A stretch of DNA of 64,000 nucleotides from Microgenomates group bacterium (GTDB taxonomy: Bacteria > Patescibacteriota > Microgenomatia > PFEM01 > JBNASD01): NCBI GenBank assembly GCA_049720225.1, contig JBNASD010000001.1, positions 396,815-460,814 on the forward strand, in the 5' to 3' direction. Made by a program: the position numbers and the translations under genes. The notes under the pieces were generated by a model. The model saw only the letters and a program-made list of their open reading frames with translations, was not told the origin of the DNA and did no database searches. Shown in pieces: positions 7,711 to 16,229 of the stretch. How positions within the stretch are numbered: position 1 is the first letter of the stretch; each line of letters begins with the position of its first letter.

Positions 7711-8100
7711 TTGAATAGCATACTATCAAAATGGGGAATAGTTAATTTTACGCTTCAAGGAATAGAACTTGTCGATAACCAAACAAGTCAGTTTAGACTA
7801 ATAATTGAAGTAGATGATCCCATCTTTATTAAAGCTATCGAAGATAATAATCCGCCGACGATAAGATACAAAATTACGAATTCCATAGATGAACTTGATG
7901 CTGACTTTTTACTCGTTGAAGTAGATTCGAAAATAGTAATAAGAACAAGCGGAATAATTTTTCCTAAAATAGATAATATTAAGGGACTATTCGATCAACT
8001 TTATGATCGTGGTTATAGAATAAAAGAAAAGACAGAAACACCATCTTTCTTAGAACCATTTCAACCATGGAAAGAATTAGTCAAGGAAAAAAATAAATGA
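7711..8100 (+). CDS. Orphan 129-aa ORF with no family recognised (putative)
   Basis: It is the only plus-strand ORF in a minus-strand neighbourhood. It is 390 nt open in AT-rich DNA, but has no in-frame ATG (TTG start at 7711, frame opens at 7699) and no obvious SD. Confidence 0.3.
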   Translation: MNSILSKWGIVNFTLQGIELVDNQTSQFRLIIEVDDPIFIKAIEDNNPPTIRYKITNSIDELDADFLLVEVDSKIVIRTSGIIFPKIDNIKGLFDQLYDRGYRIKEKTETPSFLEPFQPWKELVKEKNK

Positions 8101-8170
8101 ACTTAACCACCGCTACTCGAATAACAACGAAGGGAATACCTCCAAAATCTCAAAGAAGCATTGAAAGTTC

Positions 8171-8684
8171 CTAGGCTAACAAAAATGATCCCATAACTCC
8201 CCACCAAGATAAAATTCCCAATAAAGCTTTAGCGGGCACAGTAATCAAAATTATTACCGGAATAGTAAAAGTCAAGATTATTCTAATCCCTTTGTTATAA
8301 ATATCAGTAGGAAACCGCGCCATACTTGTTAAATCGCGATAAACCCAAACTAAATGGTCAATTTCTGTAGTTAGAACACAAACGGAACAAAAAAATAAAT
8401 GAAAAGCAAAAGCCAAAATTAAGGCATTAAAAAATAAAATCAAAAAAATAAAAAATTGCAAATATTAAAAAAGCCAAAATAAATAAAATATACCCATAAA
8501 GGAACCAAAATAATTCCATTAAAATATCAGTCCACCCAAAAATAGGTCTAAAAAAAGAAAGTAAGGGCTTTAATAAATCTAAATCGTAATTACCAGAAAC
8601 AACTAATGACCGCAATTGATAAACGCCACGAAATAAAAATTGCACAGTAATATCAACTAAGCAAAAAAGCAATTCCCACAACAT
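8171..8684 (-). pseudogene. Polytopic membrane protein remnant split by a frameshift (two overlapping ORFs; possibly an ABC-2-type permease C-terminal part)
   Basis: ORFs 8427-8684 and 8171-8461 overlap in different frames and both are very hydrophobic. The total is only ~170 aa, which suggests N-terminal truncation. Confidence 0.35.
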
Positions 8685-8724
8685 AAGCTAACATTAGTAA
8701 TTTTTGCCAATTGCCAATATTTTT

Positions 8725-9738
8725 TCATACGCCTCTTTTAAAATTTAACCATTTTTCTACTCCATAAGTAAACCAATAAAAAGGAGAGATAATTAAATCC
8801 TGAGTGGGTAAAAGAGTAAATTCTCTTCCTCCAAATCCGGTTTTAAATAAAGTTAATCCCTGCCAACTTTTTGGTGTTCTTTTTTCTTGATAAATCCCCC
8901 AAAAATTATAAGTTTGGCAACCTCTTTTTTTTGCTTCTTTAATCGCTTCCCATTGAAGAAGATAACTTGCTGGATATGAAGTATGAATTGAAGCTCCTTG
9001 ATGATAAAAAGCTCCCTTTTTGGTAAAAATTATCAAAGCACCAGCTAAATATTTTCCTTGCAAAGATACCAAAAACCATTGACAGCTATTGGTTTTTTTA
9101 AAAACTTCAAATTCCTTCTTTAAATATTCAAAGGAAAAAGGCACAAATTTTTCGCGTTTTGCAGTTTCTAAATATAATTTCCAAAAAATTTCTAAACCTA
9201 CCAAATCCTCTCTTTTTTCTACTTTTAATTCGCTTTTTAAAGCTTTTCTTATTAAATATCGTGTTGTTTTTCGCATTTCTTTTAATAATTCTTCTTCATT
9301 TTTATTTAGATTCAATACCCACATCTTTTCTGCATGCATATAAATAGGTGCTTGGCGAAAACCTAATTCCTGATAAAATTCTTTTACCTTTAAGTTGTCT
9401 TCCTGCCAAGGAGCAATTCTTATAAACCAAAAATTATTTTTTATCGCAATTTTTTTAATTTTTTTAAGAAGAAAAACCAATGGTTTTTTTAACGAAGAGA
9501 AATCATTTAAAAAAATTGGCCCATGGGGAATAAATAAAAATTTTCCTCTTTTTATTTTTTGTTTAATTATTAATACCAAAATTAAAGGAATATTTTTTTC
9601 AAATAACCCTAATCTTAAAATTGAATTTCCCATTCTTTTTTGAAATTCTCCCCATTCCCAAGAATGCAAAAAAGAAAAATTACCTTGGTTGAAAAATTTT
9701 TTCCAAATTAATGAAGAATTTATTTTTCTAATTTCCAT
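8725..9738 (-). CDS. FemAB-family peptidyl/aminoacyl transferase (peptidoglycan interpeptide-bridge formation; GNAT-like)
   Basis: The N-terminal ...FSFLHSWEWGEFQKRMG... is the FemAB/FemX signature. The two-lobed length (337 aa) fits. Confidence 0.6.
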   Translation of the reverse strand: MEIRKINSSLIWKKFFNQGNFSFLHSWEWGEFQKRMGNSILRLGLFEKNIPLILVLIIKQKIKRGKFLFIPHGPIFLNDFSSLKKPLVFLLKKIKKIAIKNNFWFIRIAPWQEDNLKVKEFYQELGFRQAPIYMHAEKMWVLNLNKNEEELLKEMRKTTRYLIRKALKSELKVEKREDLVGLEIFWKLYLETAKREKFVPFSFEYLKKEFEVFKKTNSCQWFLVSLQGKYLAGALIIFTKKGAFYHQGASIHTSYPASYLLQWEAIKEAKKRGCQTYNFWGIYQEKRTPKSWQGLTLFKTGFGGREFTLLPTQDLIISPFYWFTYGVEKWLNFKRGV

Positions 9739-10924
9739 TTATTAATTTAACAATTTTTTCTGCTTCTTTTAAGGAAATATTAGTTGGCAAATTAATTATT
9801 TCTCGACAGATCTTCTCTGCTTGAGGACAACTTTTTGGTTCATATTTCATTTTTTTTAAATTCACCCCTTTTGGGGCTACAATTTGATTATACCAAGTAC
9901 CTAAAAAAATTCCTTTTTTAGCTAACTTTCTTTTAATTTCTTCCGGATTTTTTACTCGTAATGGGTAGCGAAGTAAACCATTTTCGCTCTGATAATTCAA
10001 ACCAAAACTTTGGTTGTAAAATTCAGTAATCACTTGTCTTTTTTTTTCTATTTCTTTTTTTCTTTTTAATTGAGAAAGCAAAAGTTTTCCTAAAACTAGA
10101 GGATAAATTTTATCAAAATCAAAATTATAAAATCCCCTTTTTTCTTTTTCTGTTACTTCAGGAATTAAAAAGCCAATTTTCTTTGCCCAGTAATGAATTA
10201 ATTTTCCTAAACTTATTTTATAAGTTTTTTTAATTAAAACAGCTAGGGGTTTATAAAAAAGAATCTTAAAAATAGTTATTTTTGAAGGAAAAGAAAGACT
10301 CTTTTCTTCTTCTTTCAATCTTTTGCCAATTTTTTTATCACTCGTAACAATAGCTCCGCCAAAAACGGAAGAAAAAACTTTAGACCGACCAAAAGAAAAT
10401 AAAAAATTACCATTTTTGGTAGAAGAAAAAATTTTTTGATTAAATCCATGGGCAAGATCCTCGGCTAACAAAAGACCATTTTTTTCGGCAAAAGAAAGAA
10501 TTTTTTCTCGATAAAGGGGAGTCAAACCAAAAGTATGTTGAAGAAGAATAACTTTTGTTTTGGGAGTAATTTTTTTTAATAAATCAAAAAAATCCATTGA
10601 GTAAGTTTTATTTTCAATATCAACATAAATTGGTTTCAAATTATTCGTCAATATTGGCAAAACTACTGCTTCACAGGTAAATCCTTGAATTGCTACTTCA
10701 CTTTTCGGCGGGAAGTTTAAACTTTTAAGAAAATGAAACCAGGCACTTCGGCCAGTAAAGAAAGGGAAAAAATCAGAATTAATTTTTAAACCAAGTCTAT
10801 TTAAAATTTCTTTTTTAGTTTTTAAATCAAGAGGTTTTTGCCAATTCCAAGGCTGAAAAATTAAAGAAAAAGAAATCAACGCGTCTTTAAAATTTTCATT
10901 AGGAGCAAAATTAAGATTAATCAT
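9728..10924 (-). CDS. DegT/DnrJ/EryC1/StrS-family PLP-dependent sugar aminotransferase
   Basis: FTCEAVVLP, LLQHTFG and AEDLAHGF blocks. The PLP-lysine motif SFGRSKVFSSVFGGAIVTSD matches SFxxxK...GEGGxxxTnD. Confidence 0.65.
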   Translation of the reverse strand: MINLNFAPNENFKDALISFSLIFQPWNWQKPLDLKTKKEILNRLGLKINSDFFPFFTGRSAWFHFLKSLNFPPKSEVAIQGFTCEAVVLPILTNNLKPIYVDIENKTYSMDFFDLLKKITPKTKVILLQHTFGLTPLYREKILSFAEKNGLLLAEDLAHGFNQKIFSSTKNGNFLFSFGRSKVFSSVFGGAIVTSDKKIGKRLKEEEKSLSFPSKITIFKILFYKPLAVLIKKTYKISLGKLIHYWAKKIGFLIPEVTEKEKRGFYNFDFDKIYPLVLGKLLLSQLKRKKEIEKKRQVITEFYNQSFGLNYQSENGLLRYPLRVKNPEEIKRKLAKKGIFLGTWYNQIVAPKGVNLKKMKYEPKSCPQAEKICREIINLPTNISLKEAEKIVKLINGN

Positions 10925-11804
10925 AGATTGAAATTGGAAATTGAAAAATGTCTATTTTATAAATTTTTTTATTAATTTTAATTTTAAAATCCTGCCCAAA
11001 AGAAACAACCAACCGATCAGCAGGAATTATTCCAAATCCTCCTTTTCTTGTGGTTAATCCCTTTTTTCTTCGCCATTCAATTGCTGGATCTAAAGGAAAC
11101 CATTGTCCATCAGGAAGCAAAACTTCTACCCAAACATGCATAAAAAAAGAATCCCAATTTAAAGGAAAAACTCGGAAAAAAATTTTTTTATTTAGAATAA
11201 AACCCACTACTAATCGTCCAGGAATCTTTAATCCTTTAAGAAGAGAAAGTAAAACCGTAGAAAAACCTCCACAATCAGTAATTTTTTCTTTTAAAGCTTG
11301 AGAAAAAGAATAAAGACCTTTAATTGGATTTCCGTAAACTAAATTTTCTAAAACATAATTGTAAGCTATTTCGATAAGATTACTTACATCTTTCTCTTTT
11401 TGCCAATTCTTAATTATTTTTTTAATTTCTCTTGATTCTCCATTCACGAACCGATCTGGTTTAAATAAAAAGGAATATTTTTTTAAAAGATCAAAAGGAT
11501 AATCATTTAAAGAAAATTTTGGTATTTTTAAACTCACTGAATAAGGAAAATAGTCGAAGGAAATGATTTTATTTTTATTATCTTTTTTAGATATAAGAAT
11601 TAAATTACCAAATTTATCAGAAAAAATAATCGATGAAGAAGGAAAAAAAAGATTTTCAATTTTTTGATAATGATTAGTTTGGGGAAGGGCAAGAATAACT
11701 TTTTCTTCTTTAAATTGCCACTTCACCTTCAACCAATTTTTATGCGTAATTTTTTTTGACAAAAAGCTCCCGAATAATATCTTCAATTGCTGGCTCTTCA
11801 ACAT
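10917..11804 (-). CDS. Transglutaminase-like cysteine-protease-fold protein
   Basis: The Cys-His-Asp triad context is ITDCGGFSTVLLSLL ... FMHVWVEVLL ... FPLDP. Its 5' end overlaps the truncated ABC ATPase ORF. Confidence 0.6.
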   Translation of the reverse strand: MLKSQQLKILFGSFLSKKITHKNWLKVKWQFKEEKVILALPQTNHYQKIENLFFPSSSIIFSDKFGNLILISKKDNKNKIISFDYFPYSVSLKIPKFSLNDYPFDLLKKYSFLFKPDRFVNGESREIKKIIKNWQKEKDVSNLIEIAYNYVLENLVYGNPIKGLYSFSQALKEKITDCGGFSTVLLSLLKGLKIPGRLVVGFILNKKIFFRVFPLNWDSFFMHVWVEVLLPDGQWFPLDPAIEWRRKKGLTTRKGGFGIIPADRLVVSFGQDFKIKINKKIYKIDIFQFPISIYD

Positions 11805-12240
11805 TTTCCAGAAAGGTTACTAATTCATCTAAAGTTTGTTTATATTTTTCTTCAGGGATCTCATAAATTTCTTTATTAAGCCCAAAATTTTCTAAAGGAG
11901 GTAAATCCTCCCAAAGTTGATTTTTTTGTCTCATTACTAAAGAAATTTGTTTTAAAAATTCTAGTTTTTGTTGGTGAGGTAAAAAACCTAAAACAGAAAT
12001 AAAACCGGAAGTAGGATATAAAAGACCAGAAAGACATTTTAAAGTAGTAGTTTTCCCTACACCGTTTGGGCCAATAAAACCAACTAACTCCCCTTCCTCT
12101 ATTTTAAAAGAAATATCGTCTACTGCTTTAATTTCTTCGGAACGACGATTAAAAATTGCCTTTATTGATCCCAACAAACCGACATCTTTCTTATAAACCC
12201 GATAATACTTTTTCAGATTTTTAACCTCGATTATCGGCAC
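11740..12240 (-). pseudogene. ABC transporter ATP-binding protein, N-terminal fragment (Walker A + Q-loop only; signature, Walker B and H-loop missing)
   Basis: It has GPNGVGKTT (Walker A) and a Q-loop region, then ...LDELVTFLENVEE and stops where LSGGQ should follow. At 166 aa it is well short of the ~230-300 aa typical for these ATPases. Confidence 0.6.
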
Positions 12241-12246
12241 TTAATT

Positions 12247-12519
12247 TCATTTCACTGCTTTTTTAAGAGGTTTACCGGGAGAAAATCGCGCTGCCCGATG
12301 ACTCTTGACAATCTTCTTCTCTTTGGTGCCGGGAACCAAAACGGGTTTATCTTTTACCTTCACCACTTTAAAAGTTCCAAATCCCGACAAAACGACCTTT
12401 TCTCCCTTTTTTAAAGCTCGAGTAATCTCACCCAAAAAGGTTTCAATTGCCTCTTTGGCAGCTTTTCGGGTAAGATGAGCTTTTTGGGCAACGAGAGAAA
12501 TTATTTCTCTTTTAGTCAT
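12247..12519 (-). CDS. hup: HU-family nucleoid DNA-binding protein
   Basis: MTKREIISLVAQKAHLTRKAAKEAIETFLGEI...GFGTFKV...RNP-like arm. Confidence 0.85.
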   Translation of the reverse strand: MTKREIISLVAQKAHLTRKAAKEAIETFLGEITRALKKGEKVVLSGFGTFKVVKVKDKPVLVPGTKEKKIVKSHRAARFSPGKPLKKAVK

Positions 12520-12576
12520 TTTTCCCCCTCCTTTCTGGGCAGAATTAATTTAACTTTAAAATAGCAGGAAAAATTG

Positions 12577-12600
12577 TTTTTGTCAATAATTTGACAAAAA
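12577..12600. promoter_or_regulatory. Inverted repeat in the divergent hup / GH130 promoter region (candidate operator; arms contain TTGACA)
   Basis: tttttgtcaa-taat-ttgacaaaaa is a 10-bp inverted repeat with a 4-bp spacer. TTGACA in either orientation can act as a -35. Confidence 0.3.
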
Positions 12601-12669
12601 TTTAAAACTTATAAATAATTTAAGTAATAAAAAATAATAAATTCGAGATAAATTCGAAAAACTTTTTTA

Positions 12670-14322
12670 ATGAAGAAAAAACTCAATAATGTATTGAGAA
12701 TTTTAGGTGTTGGTAACTTAACTAATCAAGTTTTTATTTTTAAATTCTATCCTTCTAAAAAGAAAAATTTTTTCCAAATCACAAGCAGTAAAGATGGTTT
12801 TGATTTTAAACTCTTCAAAAAATGGGGAGAAATTATCAAACAAAATGGTCAACAGGAAAAAATCGTCAATTGCCAAGACTTTTATCTTAGTAAGATTAAA
12901 AATTCTTTTTTTCTTACTTACAAACTTAAAGAAAATAAAACCAATCAACTTTGTGGAGCAATTTGGAGTGGTTTCTCTCATTGGCAAAAAACAGGAAAAA
13001 TAGACAAAATTAAAGAAAGTGGGGTAGTTGTTCCCTCTTACACTTATCAAAAACATTACCTTCTTTATTTTGGTGAAAAAGCAATTAATCTTGCGGTCTC
13101 TTCAGATTTAATCAAATGGCAAATCTTACCAAAACCCATTTTTTCCTTAACCAAAAAACTTCTTAATAAAGGTTTCCGTTTAAAAATAGGAGGAGTGGTC
13201 CCAGAAAAAAAGAAACTTCTTTTGTTATATTTTCTTTTTCAGAATGGAAAAAATCCCAAAAATTACGCTATCGAGGGAATCATTATCAACAAGAATAATC
13301 CCTTTAAATTATTTAAAAAACTAACTTCTCCACTTTGGAAACAGAAAAATGAATGGAAAAAAGAAACCGTTTTTCCTGTGGGAATTTTGAAAGTTAAAAA
13401 CTATTTTGTCGCCTATTGGCAAAATTCAAAAGGTATTTTATATGCTTATCCTTTTTATTTTTCTTTTCCGGAAAAATCCTATTTTCAAAAAAGAGCCTTT
13501 TCTTTTTTGGAAAAATTTTCTCAAAACCCCATTTTAAAACCAAAAAGAGAACATCAATGGGAATCTAAAGCGGTATTCAATACCGCCGCCGTCAAAATAA
13601 AAAACAAAATCCATTTCATTTATCGGGCAGTAGGAGAAAATGACATTTCTGTTTGGGGATATGCCGCGAGTAAAAATGGGTTTGAAATTAATGAAAAATC
13701 GGAAAAGCCAATTTTTACCTCCTGTTTATTAAAAAGAAAAAGTTATTTTCCTTTTCAACTTGGTTTACCTTTTTATCTTTCAGGAGTAGGTTTCGGCGAA
13801 GGTAAATATGCCATTTTTCATAGTCTTTCCCCAGAAATTTTAATAGATTATTTTGACGATTTAAATTTTGACGGAAAAACTTTTATCAGAAGCTATTATG
13901 ACGGAAAACCTAAAAAGGCAATTTGGGAAGAAAGAATAAGAGGAGTAGGTCCTCCTCCTTTGAAAACCCCTGAGGGTTGGTTAGTTTTTTATCATGCAAT
14001 GGATAAACAAAACTCTAATCTTTATAAAATAGGAGCAATGATTTTAGATCTAAACCAACCGACAAAAATTTTATATCGCGCTCCTTTACCAGTTTTAGAA
14101 CCAAGCGAAATTTATGAAAATGAAGGATTAAAACCAGGAATTGTTTATAGTTGTGGAGCGGTCATTTTTCGAAAAAAAATTTTCCTTTATTATGGAGGGG
14201 CAGATACAGTTATTTGCGTTGCTTCCGCCCCTTTAAATATTTTTTTAAACCAATTAAAATCTAATGAAACACCGAATTTAAATCTTAATTTTAGAACTAT
14301 TAATTTAAATGATAGAAATTAA
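12670..14322 (+). CDS. Tandem two-domain GH130-like (DUF377, 5-bladed beta-propeller) protein; degenerate, the GCEDPR catalytic motif is absent from both domains
   Basis: The second domain has NPILKPKREHQWESKAVFNTAAV...IHFIYRAVGENDISVWGYAASKNG and the C-terminal GPPPLKTPEGWLVFYHA...YSCGAV...LYYGGADTVICVA blocks shared with the next gene. No GCEDPR motif. Confidence 0.6.
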   Translation: MKKKLNNVLRILGVGNLTNQVFIFKFYPSKKKNFFQITSSKDGFDFKLFKKWGEIIKQNGQQEKIVNCQDFYLSKIKNSFFLTYKLKENKTNQLCGAIWSGFSHWQKTGKIDKIKESGVVVPSYTYQKHYLLYFGEKAINLAVSSDLIKWQILPKPIFSLTKKLLNKGFRLKIGGVVPEKKKLLLLYFLFQNGKNPKNYAIEGIIINKNNPFKLFKKLTSPLWKQKNEWKKETVFPVGILKVKNYFVAYWQNSKGILYAYPFYFSFPEKSYFQKRAFSFLEKFSQNPILKPKREHQWESKAVFNTAAVKIKNKIHFIYRAVGENDISVWGYAASKNGFEINEKSEKPIFTSCLLKRKSYFPFQLGLPFYLSGVGFGEGKYAIFHSLSPEILIDYFDDLNFDGKTFIRSYYDGKPKKAIWEERIRGVGPPPLKTPEGWLVFYHAMDKQNSNLYKIGAMILDLNQPTKILYRAPLPVLEPSEIYENEGLKPGIVYSCGAVIFRKKIFLYYGGADTVICVASAPLNIFLNQLKSNETPNLNLNFRTINLNDRN

Positions 14323-16219
14323 ACGACACCCTAAAAATCCAATTTTAACCCCTGACGAAACTCAATTTTGGGAGGCCGAAGCTACTTTCAATGGAAGTAT
14401 TGCTCCCGATGACAACTTTTATCATTTTGTTTATCGAGCAGTTTCTTTTCCTCATTTTTATTTTGATAAAGAAATCTCTTTATCAACAATTGGCTACGCA
14501 AAAACTAAAGACGGAGTTAAATTTTTTGATCGTCAGCCACTTATTATGCCTGAATATCCCTGGGAACAATTTGGATGTGAAGACCCCCGAATTACTAAAT
14601 TTGAAGGAAAATATTGGATTTTTTATACTGCTTTGAGTAATTTTCCTCCTTCTCCTCAGGACATAAAAATAGGAGTAGCAATTACTTCTGATTTTAAAAA
14701 ATTAAAAAAACATCAAGTTACTGATTTTAATTCTAAAGCAATGGCATTATTTCCCGAAAGAATTAATGGAAAAATTGTGGGAATTTTAACAGTTAACACT
14801 GATTTACCCCCAGCAAAGATTGCTTTAGTTTTTTTTGATAACGAAGAGCAAATTTGGTCAAAAGAATTTTGGCATAATTGGCTTTCTTCATTAAGTAATT
14901 TTATTCTTCCTCTCAAAAGAAATCCCTCTGATCAAGTAGAAGTAGGGGCTCCTCCTTTAAAAACACCTAAAGGGTGGTTGTTAATCTATTCCCACATTAA
15001 AAATTATCTTTCTCCTCCGCCTGTTTTTGGAATCGAAGCGGTACTATTAGATTTGGAAAATCCTCTTAAAATCTTAGGGAGGACTCTTCAACCACTTTTG
15101 ATTCCACTTCAAGAATATGAACTTTATGGTCGTGTTCCTAATGTCATTTTTCCCTCAGGAGCAGTAATTAAAAAGGAAAAAGTTTATCTTTATTATGGTG
15201 CCGCTGACACTTCTTGTTGTTTAGCAGAAATTCCTCTCAAAAGATTACTTACTCTCCTTACTACTAAAAAACATCCCCCTTCTCCTCCTTTTCGTTTAGA
15301 AAAATATTTGGGAAATCCTATTCTTACTCCTAAAAAAGAAAATAAATGGGAATCAAAACAAACTTTTAATCCAGGGGTAATTTTTGAAGGCGGAAGAATT
15401 CACCTTCTTTATCGAGCGGTTGGCGAAGACAATACTTCAGTATTAGGATATGCCTCTAGTAAAGATGGCTTTTATTTTGATGAAAGATTAACCAAACCAG
15501 TTTATCTACCTCGAGAAGAGTTTGAGAAAAAAACAAGCCCAGAAGTAGCTTCAGGATGTGAAGATCCGCGGTTAACTAAGATTGGTGACCGAATTTATAT
15601 GCTTTATACCGCTTTTGATGGGAAAAATCCCTGGAAGGTAGCAATGACTTCTATTAAGGTAAAAGATTTTTTGGCGAAAAATTGGCAATGGGAAAAACCA
15701 ATTATTATTTCTCATCCAGAAAGAAGCGATAAAAACGCTTGTTTGTTAGAAGAAAAAATTAATAATCAATATGTTTTTTTTCACCGGATTGGTCATTGTA
15801 TTTGGATTGATTTTGTAGATGATTTAGAATTCAAAAATGGTCGATTTCTTGGAGGAAAAATAATTTTATGGCCTAGAAAAGGAAAGTGGGATAGTCATAA
15901 GGTAGAAATCGCCGGTCCCCCTTTAAAAACAAAAAAAGGTTGGCTGTTAATATATCATGGTCTTTCTTTAGAGGATAAAAAATATCGATTAGGAGCGGTT
16001 CTTTTAGAGCTTAAAAATCCGGAAAAAGTTATTAGTCAATTAGACGAACCTATTTTAGAACCAGAAGAAGAATATGAAAAAAATGGAGTAAGACCAGGAA
16101 CTGTTTTTTCCTGCGGGGCGGTAATTTTAGGAGAAAAAATTTTGGTATATTATGGGGCCGGTGACCAAACAATTGCGGTAGCTTCAGTAAATTTAAATTC
16201 CCTTCTTAACCGCTTTTAA
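14309..16219 (+). CDS. Tandem two-domain GH130-family glycoside phosphorylase/hydrolase-like protein (both domains keep GCEDPR)
   Basis: Domain 1 has NPILTPDETQFWEAEATFNGS...YRAV...FGCEDPRITKFEGKYWIFYTA. Domain 2 has NPILTPKKENKWESKQTFNPGVIFEGGRIHLLYRAVGEDN...SGCEDPRLTKIGDRIYMLYTA. Both are hallmark GH130 blocks. Its start overlaps the previous gene's stop. Confidence 0.7.
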   Translation: MIEIKRHPKNPILTPDETQFWEAEATFNGSIAPDDNFYHFVYRAVSFPHFYFDKEISLSTIGYAKTKDGVKFFDRQPLIMPEYPWEQFGCEDPRITKFEGKYWIFYTALSNFPPSPQDIKIGVAITSDFKKLKKHQVTDFNSKAMALFPERINGKIVGILTVNTDLPPAKIALVFFDNEEQIWSKEFWHNWLSSLSNFILPLKRNPSDQVEVGAPPLKTPKGWLLIYSHIKNYLSPPPVFGIEAVLLDLENPLKILGRTLQPLLIPLQEYELYGRVPNVIFPSGAVIKKEKVYLYYGAADTSCCLAEIPLKRLLTLLTTKKHPPSPPFRLEKYLGNPILTPKKENKWESKQTFNPGVIFEGGRIHLLYRAVGEDNTSVLGYASSKDGFYFDERLTKPVYLPREEFEKKTSPEVASGCEDPRLTKIGDRIYMLYTAFDGKNPWKVAMTSIKVKDFLAKNWQWEKPIIISHPERSDKNACLLEEKINNQYVFFHRIGHCIWIDFVDDLEFKNGRFLGGKIILWPRKGKWDSHKVEIAGPPLKTKKGWLLIYHGLSLEDKKYRLGAVLLELKNPEKVISQLDEPILEPEEEYEKNGVRPGTVFSCGAVILGEKILVYYGAGDQTIAVASVNLNSLLNRF

Positions 16220-16229
16220 TAATTTTTTT

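Noticed and set aside
8101-8170. Possible terminator or structured RNA in the convergent spacer after the orphan plus-strand ORF.
   Set aside because: No stable hairpin or T-run found by eye; the sequence is unremarkable.
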